Of a stretch of 64,000 nucleotides of DNA, positions 31,210 to 46,519 are shown piece after piece. A program made the translations under genes and the position numbers. The stretch is from Octopus sinensis (Eukaryota), in contig NC_042999.1 in assembly GCF_006345805.1 (NCBI RefSeq), forward strand, positions 113,212,001 to 113,276,000. Direction: 5' to 3'. A model generated the notes under the pieces. That model made no database searches. It had not been told where the DNA came from and saw only the letters and a list, made by a program, of their open reading frames with translations. Position 1 is the first letter of the stretch. Each line of letters begins with the position of its first letter.

Positions 31210-31212
31210 TAC
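29896..31212. repeat. Tandem duplication of about 650 bp (29896-30555 and 30556-31201)
   Basis: Both units start CAAACACATACATTGGTGAATTG; the non-microsatellite parts look identical; a third CAAACACATAC lies at 31202. Confidence 0.93.
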
Positions 31213-31835
31213 GCAAACACACACGTACAAAACAATTGGAAAATTACCATATTCATACCTTTTGTGGAAAATATAAAAGTATAGTTTTTTTTTGTTGAAA
31301 GTATAATGTATAAAAGCGACGGAAAATTTATATTGTAAATTGAATCTCGAGTGATGTTGGTTTCATATTATTAGTTTAGTAAATATGCATTTACATCGGA
31401 GTCTGTTTCAGCTCTTACTTCATTAAATGTCACTTTATATTTCCAAGTACCCTACATAATGTAAAATAACTCGCGTATATATTTTCATTGTCTTTCCTAC
31501 GTCAATCATTGATAATACAAAAACAAAAAAAATTATTTCTTTTATTGTCTGTATATGTATATCTCTGAGTTTGCATGTGTGTGTATGTGTTTACTTGTAT
31601 GTATGTATGTATGTATGTATGTATGTATGTAGATAGGTATGTAGGTATGTATATGTGTGTATGTATGTATGTATGTATGTATGTATGTATGTATGTATGT
31701 ATGTATGTATGTAGTATGCATATATGTGTGTGTGTGTGTTTGTGTGTGTATGTGTGCTTGTATGTGTGGGCGTGTGAACAATTGGAGCGAACATGTATAT
31801 GTATCTATCTACTATCTTTCCAGAGTGCGGAATGA

Positions 31836-32070
31836 GGTAGCGTAGTGTAGTGATTAAAGTGTTCGGTTCATGATTATAAGATCCCAAGTTCAAATCCTAG
31901 GCCGGATGGTGAGTTGATTTCTTTATCAAGGCACTATATTTCATCTCGCTTTAGTTAAGTCATCTGTAATAAGTACCAGCTCAGTGTTGGTTCAGCCGCT
32001 GCTCAAAGGGTGATTGGACCGACAGAATGTGTTTACTTGTACACCACTACATATGCATCCATCTAAAAGA
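31836..32070 (+). mobile_element. SINE-3 (tRNA-derived), single diverged copy
   Basis: TAGTGTAGTGATT A-box-like, GTTCAAATCC B-box at 31888-31897, and AATAAGTACCAGCT shared with the SINE-1/2 central domain. The 3' boundary is approximate. Confidence 0.6.
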
Positions 32071-32471
32071 ATGGTTCCCAATGTGGGTGGCACCGATCTC
32101 TGGGAAAGATCCAGGGTGGAGATGAGTGTGAAGAAAAATGAGGCGATAACGGAGTGGCCAAAAGGGAACGATGAGTAGCAATGCCTCTCTTTATTTTTTA
32201 ATGGTACACTCAGGTTTAGAAAATAGTGTTTAAAGATCGCTTTGAAAAAAGTTGTTTGTTTTCTTAAAATAAGAATAGAAAACAAAATAATATTTAAAAA
32301 AACCCAAATGTCTACTGATGAAATTGGTCATAAAATTCTCAAGAGAATTCCTTAGAAATACGAAATATGACACTGAACAAAAACAACGACAACATCAATA
32401 ATGACATGAAAAACGGCAACAACAAAATGAAAATAATGCATGCACACACATGCTCGCGCGCACACATACAT

Positions 32472-32507
<36 letters not shown>

Positions 32508-32544
32508 ACCCACACACACATACATAAATACACACAAGCAACCA

Positions 32545-32670
32545 TATATATCTTTTATAATTTACTTGTTTCAGTAATTAGACAGCAGTCATGCTGGGGC
32601 ACAGACTTGAAGAGTTTTTAGTTGAATGAATCGACCCCAGTATTTATTTTTTAAGCCAAATACATATTTT
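32545..32670 (-). mobile_element. SINE-2 3' tail fragment
   Basis: TTTACTTGTTTCAGT.ATT.GAC.GC.GTCATGCTGGGGCAC...AATCGACCCCAGTA. Confidence 0.75.
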
Positions 32671-33598
32671 TTACTTTGACCTGATCATAGAATAGGGCTT
32701 GCCTCTTTGAGCTGGGAAATGAATGGAATACCTGATGTGTGTCTTGTTGTGGCTACCAACTCTTAAAAAAATGAGTATTGAGTAATATTTCAGTTTAATG
32801 TAAAACTGTTTTTTTTTTTTTTTTGACATAAAAGCAAACACCAATATCCAACACTTTTACGTCTCAGCCCATTCATCGTGTGGAAAAAGAGTACAAGGCC
32901 TGCATGAAAAGCTGTCAGACTTCCTTCAACAAAAAATCTTGCCAGGCCGGCACATACATGATCAGTTTTGACCAATGTAGCAGCGAAAATTGACCAATGT
33001 AGCAGCAATGTATTGGTTCTCTCTTTCACTTTTAAGACAACCGGGAGTAATTTAAGAAAATTTTCGCTGCCACATTTAACATGTCAAGCAAACGCGTAGT
33101 GTTTCCCTTGTTAGCTTCGATCAGATGACCAGGAGGTTTTAGTAGAGTTATAAACAACTCACTGAGTGATCATCACTTTCTATTCAGTCCTATTACTAAT
33201 TTACTGTGTCGTCCATAATAATATAACTGTCAATGACAATGTCCACCAAATTCGTATAATTTATAAAGAGAAATAGTTCATAGTTGTAATCGGTAGAAGC
33301 ACTTCAAAGAGCGGAGTGCTCTGTTAGCATACTTCGTGTTGAATGTTTAGCTCAGCCCTTCTACGGAATCAGGAAATTGTGACGTTGTGCTAGCAGTCGA
33401 CTTTAAAACAACGATTAGCGATGCTAGAGAAGGCTGAGTACAACGTAGATCTCGTGAGTAGTTGCGTCGTGCGAGCACCTATACACACACATCCCTGCCC
33501 ATAGATAATTGTATGTGTATGTGTGTGCGTTTACAAATACGTTCAAACACACACACGTATACTTATATTACATATATATTACCCATTGTATATATATA

Positions 33599-33655
<57 letters not shown>

Positions 33656-35286
33656 GTGTGTATGTGTGTGTGTGTGTATGTGTGTGTGTGTGTGTATGTG
33701 TGTGTGTGTGTGTGTGTGTATGTGTGTGTGTGTGTGTATGTGTGTGTGTGTGTGTGTGGTGTGTGTGTGTGTGCGTGTACATATCTATCTATATCTATCT
33801 AGTTGCTCTCTCTCTATCTGTATATATATATATATATATATATACATATACATGAAGCCGCCCTTCGGGAAGCGTTCAGGCTAGCTCTTGCAGAGGGCAC
33901 CTTTGAGGCCTTCGAGATCCATTTTCCATGTTTCTGATTTTTTTTTCATTTTATTCTGACGATGAAAATTTGCAACACTTTCATGTAGTTATATATGCTT
34001 CCTAACTCACTGTAGTAATTAATTCACTTCATATTTTTAGACTTGAATCTCCATTCGTACTAAGCAAGGGAGATGTATGACTATCATAGCTATCATAAGT
34101 TTTCTATCACTTCGCCATTTCCGAAAAAAATATTAAAATGTTAAATTGAGATGATCCATTTCATCTCAATCTCATTCTACCTTCTATTACAAATCTTTAG
34201 GGGGATACTGTAATTGGAACTGGAAGACTAGTTTTTCACCTAGCCATAAGTCTCATAAACTACAAAATATAAATATCCACACTACTACACATGAAACGTA
34301 CCCTGTTATAAGCCTTTATCTCGATTTGAATGTATTTAGAATGCCCGAACTTATTTCTGCAAATATGCTTAGCACTGATGCCGATTAATCAATAAGCTTA
34401 GTAGCGAGGTAAGTGCATAAAAAATAGTAGGGCTCAGTGGGGCCCCACTTAAGCGACCATTCAGGAATTGAACCTTCTTACGATACTCCTTGGGAGTTCA
34501 TGGTAATGAAATTCATTGTTATTGCTGCGATTTGGTCGCCAATGCCATGTATTTAGCTTAAAATGCAGTAAAAATAGGGGGCGGTCAAGTAGGGCCCCAA
34601 TTAGATGGCCCTTAAAAATTAGACCTCATTAGGACATTCCCAAGCATTAGGGGAGTTGCTGATTTGATTTTTGTTGTCCTTGCACCAACGGTCTAGGAGT
34701 TCACGAACATAAAATACGTAACGGACATCACTCAAATTTATTTAAAGATATATATGTATGCACATATGAATAAACATATGTATACACATATATACATACA
34801 CATATTTATGATACATACATACATACATACATACATATACATACATGCACTCACACATACATGTGTGTATGTGCGCGTGTATGTTTAATAAGATAATTCA
34901 GAATGACTGAAACATGTATAATGTAGAATAACTCTACAGATATGTATTAAAATTGTAGCTGTGGGGATTCAGTGAATGTGAAAAATATCCTATTGTTCTC
35001 TAAGTAAAAAGAAACCATTGGGAATTTTGTCGTCGATCTGTCTGGGTCCCTCATAATTGTCCCTCATCAGAGACAGCGTGTCACTATTCGTCGGCTTCTA
35101 GAGAATGTGGATTTATATAACAATAGTTTATCAGGATATAAAACAGATGCATGTACGCATACATGCGCATATCTGTGCAATCAAACATTCATATATATAA
35201 ATATATATATATATTAGACATGGCCGCGCGGGTGCACATATATATGTAGGCATGTGCATGTATATAGTTATATGTAGATAAGTAAT

Positions 35287-35561
35287 ATTCGTAGCCACTT
35301 TAACATAGCTGTCCGTTCGAGCGGACTCTACTGCAATTTTTTAACCCCAAGAAGACATCTCCTCTAGCTGGTTAACAGAGTGGCAGAAATAGCCCGAAAC
35401 CAGAACTGGTCAACTGGTCTTGTCGCTAGGAGATGGCAGGGGTTCACTTCCTTGCTCGCAATTTTATCGGATGCAGCTGTATATCGTTAACCAGCTCTTG
35501 GGGTTAAAAAATCACAGTAGAGTCTTCTCGAACGAACAGCCATCTTAAAGTGGCTACGAAT
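35287..35561. mobile_element. 275-bp foldback/MITE-like element with 66-bp inverted arms
   Basis: Arms 35287-35352 and 35496-35561 match 59/66 by eye and pairing extends inward via GCTGGTTAAC; no TSD seen. Confidence 0.65.
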
Positions 35562-35905
35562 TTCACTTGTCAGTACATCTACTGCGATGACCTCTTAGAG
35601 GGATTTTGGAACTAGCATTTTTGATTATATGTATATATATATATATAATCTGGAACTTAACTATGGTCTGTCTAAAGCACTTATTCAGCATTACCTGACA
35701 CCTTTGGGTCTTCAATGACACCATTATCTCTTATAACCTCAACTTCTCGCTGATATAAGCACTTATCCCAGGTAAAGCTTCAGTAATGGATAAACAATTC
35801 CTTGGCATTTCTCTTAAGGACACATCTATTCCTTCAAGACCTTCTATCGATAAATGCTCTAATATCTATACAGCTTTGGCTTTTTTTTATCTCATTACAC
35901 AAAAA

Positions 35906-35940
<35 letters not shown>

Positions 35941-35964
35941 GTAGAATCTCACATATGTAACATG

Positions 35965-36477
35965 CCGTAAATTCTCGAGTATAATCCGCATCTCCCCGCC
36001 CAAAATTTAAAGGTCAAAATCCCTAGTGCGTATTATATACGAGGTTAAAAATGAAAATTATTTTCTAAGCAATGTCCGAGTCTCTATTTGCTGTCCGGCA
36101 ATGTTTATTCAGACGCATTTTGTGATGTAGGGCGCGAAAATACCTTAAGCTAAGCCTGAAAGCAATGAAGTCATAAAAGAATCATCCATAACTTGCAGTA
36201 AGCAACATTTATTAAACGTTATTACTATTATTTCTTTATTTTCTGCAAGCAAAACACACAAAAAAGCTACACTTTTGCATTATGTTATATATACAATAAT
36301 AATAAAGGACGTTACCGTATACATTTTTACAAACTCAGGACGTTATATAGACCTCCTTGACTCAAGTTGGAGAAGGGATGCGTATTATACACAAGGTTTA
36401 GGTTTGTCAGATGTACAGCCCCCTAAAAATCCCCTGCGTATTATACTCAATGGCGGACTATACTCGAGGATTTACGG
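35965..36477. mobile_element. pogo/Tc2-like MITE, copy 2, 513 bp
   Basis: TIRs 23/25; TG on the left (decayed TA) and TA on the right; colinear with 3016-3526. Confidence 0.85.
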
Positions 36478-37178
36478 TAACTTGTTGAAAAACTTCAGTC
36501 GGCTAAGATTATCCAAGCAAGTGGTGGACAAGAACTCTCTCAAGATCTTTAAAGACAACAAACAATGAAAATCTCGGGCATGTTTTCGTCTTGTTAGTCT
36601 TCCCCAGCGAAGTATATCCTTCTCTGTCACTAAGTGATCAATATAATAGCAATAGAAGGAATGTAGTGATACTGATAATGAATATAAGATATATGAACGT
36701 TGGAAAATACCGCTTACCTTCTTCCCGTCTTTCTACACATGCTTTAGATGTTACATTAATAGTAATGTAACATTGGGGAAATCCTTGAATCGTTAAAAAA
36801 AGGGGAAAAATTGCCCTGAGTAAACAATGCTGAAAGGTTTTCTGATAACTATTTGATGTCGCTTCAGTTTGTACATTTTATGTTTGCAATAAATACTTAT
36901 ATATTTCTATACTACTTCATCGATCAGTCCTTTTCTTTATTTCTTTTGAATTGTTTCCTCTATCGATTAATCATTTTCACACTGAGTACTTTCGACTGTT
37001 CAAATTATCTTTTATTTCTATTGAAATTTATTCAATGCATGCGTTCACTCATGCATTATTTTCATTGTAATGTATTCCAAATCCCAGTGTGAGTCTTTCA
37101 GTAGCTTCATCCGTTGTCAACCGTATAAGTTGTTAAGACATGAAACTGGAAAACATGTGTACTGAGGTGTAAATTTAT

Positions 37179-38458
37179 ATTGGTTTCACATTTTGGCACA
37201 AGGCCAGTAATTCTATGGAAGGTGGTAAGTCGATAATATCAACCTTAGTGCTCCAATGGTACTTATTACATCGATCACCAAAGCATAAAAGACAAAGTCG
37301 ACCTCGGCAGAATTTGAACTCAGACCGTAATGACAGTCGAAATACTGCTAAGTATTCTGCCCAGTGCGCTAACGGTTACTTAACAGAGAGTTTCATAACT
37401 CGAGAACAAGATAGTTGAACTTATAGTATTTTAAATAAAAGTGAAATGTTTGGCTAAAGTGTAGATTGTAAGTTTACATTACAGGACGGTGTACTTTAAA
37501 CATTAAAAGCACATTATAATTATCTATGTTTTGTTAATTTTCGTTAACTAGGTCCTGTGGATGTAAACTATGGCATACACACTCAGAGTACAACCAATTT
37601 TAATCGATATTATCGCCACTTAGATAAATTTGACTCCATATTCATGAAGGGCAGTGTAGTTGGTTTAGAGACGTACAGAAATATTTAAATGGCGCTCGAC
37701 ATTTCAAAGTATAAATGCCGCTGGGATCTGCTCAGTCTGCTATTTTCATAAGATCCATTAAATAAATGCAAACAATATAATTGTTTCTGATTTAGGCAAT
37801 AGGCCAGTAGTTTTCAGTAGAAGATGTTAATACAATCGATCCTAGTACTTGACTAGTATTTAATTTTATCGACCCCGAGAAAAGATGAAAGGCAAAGTTA
37901 ACCTCAGCGAAATTTGAACTTAGAAAATAAAGGGCTGGAACCAATACGTCAAAACTCCAACAATTCTTCAAACTCATCACCTTAAGACCAAGTAATATAA
38001 TAAAAATAATCAACGCCTACAACAATAAAATCCAGTTTATCTCAAAATCCAAATATCTCAAAATGCAACATGTCGATTGTGCTTTTTTTTCATTTTGCAA
38101 ATGTAAAGGAAGGTAAATATAGTTTCGTAAGGTTCATACATTGACCAAGTGTCATTAGCGGTAAGAGTTTCACTCATATCTTTAATGAAATAGTTTTAGA
38201 ATAAAACCGAAACTAGAAAATTAGTTTTAGAATTCAGTCTCTCTAAACAGGTTATAACTTGTACAAAGCCCTCAAAATAACTAGAGGTGCATACAATTTT
38301 GGTTTCAGATTTTGGCATAAGACCAATCATTTCAGAGAGGGGAAAGTCTACTACACCGACCCCAGTGCTCAACTGATATTTATCTTGCCGACCCCGAAAA
38401 GATGAAAGGCAAAGTCGATCTCGACGGCATTTGAACTCAGAATGTAGACAGAAGCGGC
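37179..38458 (-). mobile_element. Three SINE-1 copies (37179-37380, 37781-37940, 38299-38458)
   Basis: Each has a TTGGTTTC..ATTTTGGCA.AAG.CCA-like tail end, GAAAGGCAAAGT and ATTTGAACT.AG. Confidence 0.8.
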
Positions 38459-38919
38459 ACATGTAATATTAAATGGCTTCAACTAAGAGTTGCTACTACA
38501 GTGTAATGTTACATAATAAGGGCTTATTGCGTACCTTATGATACTCGTTTTTCATTCCGTTCATATAAAAATGATATTCATTGGCATATCAAAACAAATT
38601 CTAGAAGTATAAATAAAGGTTATATGGAAGAATCCTTAGCACTGAATGAGACGTGGTGTACATATTAAGGTACTCGTAGTTCTATTTTAAATAGTTTATG
38701 CATCTCATCTACACTGAGTCTTTTCTAATTCTAACCTTAAATTAATCTACAAATAATTAATGATGTGTTAATAAGAAATCCAGATTCACGGTTAACACTG
38801 AATTTTCTTGTTTATGTGAGTTTGGGCGCTTCACTAAAAGCACCCAAAGGCTAAGTGATAATGTTAAACTGGGTAACAGATTAAGTATATTATCCAAAAA
38901 CACAACAATCTATCTAACG

Positions 38920-39050
38920 GAATTCCACACAGTTTCCGTTCAACAAATTTCACTGAGAAGGCTTTGGTCGAACACAAGGTATCATCTACCAAGATGCGTC
39001 TCAATGATAATGAGACCAAGACCACATAGCAACGAAGTGAAATTCTAAGC
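38920..39050 (-). mobile_element. SINE-2 5' half, highly diverged
   Basis: CAGTTTCCGT.CAACAAATTTCACT.A.AAGGCTTTGGTCG matches the 47811 copy. Confidence 0.55.
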
Positions 39051-41053
39051 TACACTTGCCCAACTTTATGAAGACAATAACAGCGTAAAGCATATTTTAA
39101 ACATTTATTTTCATAGGTTGACCAATGTAGGAAGGATAAGACCTTTAATATTTTCAGTCTTCCGCTAAATTAGAAGTTAGGCTAAATCAGTGCAGTTATT
39201 CTTAACTTTGAAATATACGTAGGTAAGCGTTTTGCTGGTAAAACTATCGATATGAATGCAGTTTTGAGGGAAAAAAACGTGGAAAAATGTGTCATGGTTC
39301 TTAACTTGTTCACATCCTTCTTACACCCACCTGACAAAGTTGAGAGTGACAGATTTTAGATAAATATTTATAAGGTTTCTCACGTAACTATAATCGTACT
39401 CAAACGAAATCATTTAAGAAAGTGTTTTCGTTTTAGCTGATGATGATTTGACAACGTTTATGTAAATTTCAGCTGATTCAAACATCTTGTAATAGAGTCT
39501 ACTTTTACTTTGATCGGAGTGCTTTTAAACCTTCAGCTTTAACCGTATTTTAAAATATGGAAATTAAACAGAAATAGACACTTCTTATCATGCTGAATCT
39601 TCTTTCCTTTTATTATCAATTTCTTCGAGGAACAAAACGAAAAATAAAAGTAAAAACATTTTGTCAATTGATTTCGCTATAAACAATGCGGAATAAGGAA
39701 GTGTAAATGAATTCCTACACTATGGACCCAAACATCACTCTGAATATAAACACAATTCCACTGATAGATTCTCCCCGTAAATTCTAAACTAAATTTGATG
39801 CTTTAACACTTGTCCGTACCATTGGGAAACAGAAAGGTAGATTCATTAATTTGCTCGTTTATCTACTGTTAGTTCATTTGATAACGAGCTCTACTTTAAC
39901 TAATATTGATTTAGCTTAAATGATGGTGTACAACAGTATAAGCCATTATTTCCGATGATATGTCACGTGAATCAACTGTATTGTGGAAAAGATCCAAAGT
40001 CCATTAACGTCCAGAAGTTATTTAACCGACATCAAATCTCAAACAAGTAATGGCTTCTTCATCCTTTGAGGTTAATTCGGAATAGAATGTATTAGAAGAT
40101 ATATTAGACTACAGTAAAATGAATCATTGCATTTGTCAGTCAGCAAATAATAATTATAACATCTCCATATTTACATTTTCTATTGTAAAACATACAGCTT
40201 CAGAATCGTTTGTTTCTTTATAACTGATTTTGAATCGTTCTGTGAAATAGATACGAATACTATTTACAGAACAATATTGCAAATCAAATTTCATACCACG
40301 TAAACGTCTTAAACACAGTGTATATTTCGGTACCTAGAATTTAAAATGCAACTGAGGTGATTAGAGATTTTAGTCTGAGGCTGTGTTATGTTGTGATTTA
40401 GCGAAAGAAGAATTGAAATTAGTACTGAAAGCCAATGATACACTAATTAATCATAAACGCATTCGCTTCTTATGCGCGTGAGGTGGCATCTATATATATT
40501 TATAGCTGGGTAAATCGAACTGTCAACACTTTAATATCTTCATAATGGGTACATAGCAGCTCACTATAACTTGTTGCTGTTGTTTAGCCACAGGATAACC
40601 TTGACTAAATGGACCTATAATCAAACTCGTTGTAGTCATGATTACCCATCTTTCTCTCAGGGCATTATATAACTGGGGCTATATCATTGAAGTCAGTAAA
40701 GTAATACTCTGAGTGAAATTTGGCTGTTATCTCTAGTGTTTTTTGGTTAAAATAAGCTGTGAGAACAAAGGTATCAACAGTTCACTTATTACGTTATGTT
40801 TTTAATACAGCCTCAAACATACCTGAGAATTATTTTCTGTTGAAAGTAGAACAAAGGAAAATTACATGTAACTCACAATCTTTCCCAGCATTAAATTTAT
40901 ATACAAAAACAACCGATTATTTAAAAGGCATTTCAAAGAAAGTTAGTCGAATTGTAAATTTGATTTTGAGACTTTGATTTCTTTCACTGTATCATTAAAT
41001 TTTACAAACTGATTCTGCAATTTGTTTTTCTTTTATTTATTTATCTATTAATC

Positions 41054-41055
<2 letters not shown>

Positions 41056-41088
<33 letters not shown>

Positions 41089-41099
41089 TAATAATAATG

Positions 41100-41163
<64 letters not shown>
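41056..41163. repeat. (AAT)n, 5' flank of the Dong-like element
   Basis: Direct inspection. Confidence 0.97.
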
Positions 41164-43042
<1,879 letters not shown>

Positions 43043-43635
43043 CGAAATCAGTAAAAGAAAAACAAAACGTATTTTACGCTGCAGTATAAAAAAAAAGAAT
43101 AATTTTTTCAGTGATTGAATTTCTAAAATATATCTCAATGAATGTTTTTTTTTTATTATAAACTTTACTTCCTTAAATTATCGTTAAACTGTGTCTTCCT
43201 TTTGTCTGTTCTGCTGTCAACCTAATTAAGTTGTGAACTTATAGGCTCCTTCAAATTCGTAGACTATATTAGATTGTCCCCATCGCATCACTTCACGTCA
43301 CCTAAAAAGTCTTGCACAAAAAACATATCTCATATTTCTGAAATTTAATTACTTTCGTCTCTCTATATGTATTTTCATTACTAATTATCAGCACTCAACA
43401 CTTAAACGAAAAGTTTAACCATATTAACCTCAATAGACTTGACAACTTTCTACTGCAGAGCGATTTTCATTAAGCAATGAAAGAGCATATAAAGAATGCT
43501 AAATATTGAGTTAAGCTCCAATTATAGTTTGGTTGACAACATGCTAAATAATTTGAGGCTTATTGACTTCATGGTAAGACAAGCAGTTACTTATAACGTT
43601 CATATATTTTCCAAATCCATTAATGATGATATAAG

Positions 43636-43910
43636 TGAAATGAAGAGTTTATGAACAAGATTAAATCTTGTTCATAAACTCTTCATTTCAATCATCTGAC
43701 AAGAAATGGATAGAAAAACAGAGTTTTTGAAAATTATTGTTTTTTAAGATGCTATTGTGAAACCTAAGTATAACTAGCCACAGTTCGTTCTACAACTGAT
43801 AAGAAATGGATAGAAATGGATAGAAAAACAGAGTTTTTGAAAATTATTGTTTTTTAAGATGCTATTGTGAAACCTAAGTATAACTAGCCACAATTCGTTC
43901 TACAACTGAT
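43636..43910. repeat. 55-bp near-perfect palindrome (43636-43690) plus 99-bp tandem duplication (43702-43800 and 43812-43910)
   Basis: 27-bp perfect arms with a 1-nt spacer; the duplicated units differ at one position and are separated by an extra AAGAAATGGAT. Confidence 0.95.
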
Positions 43911-44315
43911 ATAAGTAATCGAATTGGTTTATAACTTCATATACGTGTCCGCCCGTCTATCTGTCTGTATATATATAAATTTTACCTACTTTACCCTAAG
44001 TATAGATGGTGAGGCGAAAAGTCTATCCCTTTTTTCATGTTCATGACCAGCTCATGCTTTCACCACCAAAATGAATAGTAACCACCCCCATCATACACTT
44101 TCAGTCATGATCAATGGACCCACTTACCAATTATAATTTATGCTAAATAATTATCCAACGACAAACTACTCAAGAATTTCCTCTCCCACATCCGAGGATA
44201 CATTTGCATATCAGTCACCAAACTTCACATTTTCCCCAGCGATGATGAACGGTCATGCTTTAAAATCACTTCACAATTAGAAAAGAAAATCCTATCATAT
44301 TGTTCCTCCAACAAA

Positions 44316-44431
<116 letters not shown>

Positions 44432-44439
44432 TATTGCTA

Positions 44440-46230
44440 CGAATTGTGTAGTAAGCGAATAACTGTCTTTAATTCGGCGACCATCTACAGATATGGTGGA
44501 AAGTTATCGAAACATTGATGTCTTGGGAAGTAACTGGTAATAAATATTCATATTTTCTATGTGGAATATATTTCGATCAATTTTATTCAAGCGTATCCTC
44601 TATGTCATCAACTCCAGCATCAGAATGGCTACGGAACTGATTCAATGGGATTTCAGTGATGCACCTCCATAACTCGGCCGTCTATAAGGATGATATGGAT
44701 GATCACGCCATGGTCAAGTTTAGGAGTTATCTGATAAATATATTCGAAGAAATAGGCCTAACTATAACAGTTGTCACCGATTTAATAAAGGCCGACTTCC
44801 CAAACATAATCATAACTTGAAGACGCGCAAGCAGCTACCCTTACAGATAATCCAGTGAGGAAACTGTTTACATCCATAGAAAATGAAACCACTTCAACTA
44901 TAATTAGAAACTGAGTTACATGCCTTAAAAGAATCGCCAAAATATTAGCAGAGGGATGGATCTTCAACAGGGCTGCCCCGAAGCATTAGCGAGGATAGAT
45001 TTACCGATAGAAGGAAGACAGCCCATCCTGCCTGCGAACTCGAAGAGTGTTAGAAAGCAAAAGATAATCTAGTTCAATCATTCATTCAACCTCGAAGTTT
45101 CAACTAACATAGCTAGGAACTTCCTGGTACTAATTAAAAAAACATTTCCCTAGATTTCTTAAGTATTATAAACTCTTCAATACCCACAATGTTAAGGTCA
45201 GTTACTCCCACTTAGACATCATTCCTTCAAACATTGAACTCTACAACAAACAGAAACACACACGTACACAGCCTCCAATCGATATGCCAACCTGTAACTC
45301 TCGAAATTGTACCAACTGTCCAGTATGGAGATCCTGCGACTCAAAGGATGTAGCCTATAGAACCACTCTCAAACCATCAGATGGCATCACAAGACACTAT
45401 ACGAGCATGACAGCTATACACAGCACTTACGCATCTATAAGTGCAGCAATCGGGAAAACTCAATCTCCTTGTTCCACTTCATCAGAGACTCATGACAATC
45501 AGAACAACCTCCTCACCACCGTATGAAGTATCAATGACAGGTCCCCTCCTTGTTCACCTGGTTTCGTGAGAGTCTGTACACATTCCACCGACCGGCAGTA
45601 TCCATCAACAACATGAATGAACTATCTTATTGTTATGACCAGAGTTACACCCTCTTAATTACCTTCAAGTTACTGGCAACCGACAATCCAGATATAGCAT
45701 CCTAGTTCTCGCTCTCTTATACACAAGGGCAGGGTATTTAATCCTTGTTGTATGTATAAACCATAACTCATCCATGTTGATCATTCAACACCGATTGTAA
45801 CCCACCTCTTTCAAGTTTGATTACAGCTACATAAAGACTGCTGTCGCTAATATGCTAATACTCTACTGGACGATGCTGAACAACTGAACAACGTCAACAT
45901 CTCACTCCACCACGGACAGTACCCATTACAAGGAACTGTATTGTTGAATGCACCAAATCGCAGCCAACTCTTGGAGTGATACCAGTATCCTGAAAATATA
46001 CTGTTCAAGCACGTGAACCTAAAAATAAAGAAAATAGTTGGTGTCGCTTTAACAGTAAGAACACCACGTGATCTGAGCTGACCAATAGATGCATAATATC
46101 TAGAAACCATTTTGTATTTGCTTCAAACCTCTCACAGTTCTAACAAATATCTGATGAGACGGACGTGTCCTGCGCGCCCACAAAACTTTATGTCGTCTGG
46201 TGTTGAATTAAACTGTAATTAAATATATAA
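44440..46230 (+). mobile_element. Second Penelope-like element, strongly decayed (RT C-half + GIY-YIG region)
   Basis: AVYKDD (about 44680-44695), IFEEIGLTITV...KADF, ETVYIH, and PTCNSRNCTNCPV..SC.SKDVAY...RHYTSMT resembling the CNCRxxxxCPxxGxC...VY...YIG architecture. Boundaries are approximate. Confidence 0.6.
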
Positions 46231-46267
46231 AATGTGTCGAGTGCCACTTTAGTTTGTCTACTGAATC

Positions 46268-46325
<58 letters not shown>

Positions 46326-46335
46326 ATATATATAT

Positions 46336-46448
<113 letters not shown>

Positions 46449-46519
46449 GAGGAGGAGATCAATAGCTGGGCTAGCAAATTAACCTATATGGTGGGTTAAA
46501 GATTTAAAGAAATACGATA

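Noticed and set aside
31836-31900. Possible tRNA gene (A-box and GTTCAAATCC)
   Set aside because: No convincing acceptor stem, and it continues into the SINE central domain, so it is treated as a SINE head.
34380-34750. GC-richer segment with repeated GGGCCCCA motifs; also the ACTAGCAGCAGTACC start near 59909; possible Helentron-associated elements
   Set aside because: Termini and subterminal hairpins could not be demonstrated; the resemblance is only impressionistic.
35040-35080. Minus-strand CTGATGAGGG motifs here and at about 60705-60720
   Set aside because: The CUGAUGA core is present but no GAAA follows at a plausible distance.
46152-46200. CTGATGAG...CAAAAC...GTC at the 3' end of the second PLE
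   Set aside because: Requires G>A in GAAA, and stems I and II pair poorly; position is suggestive but support is insufficient.
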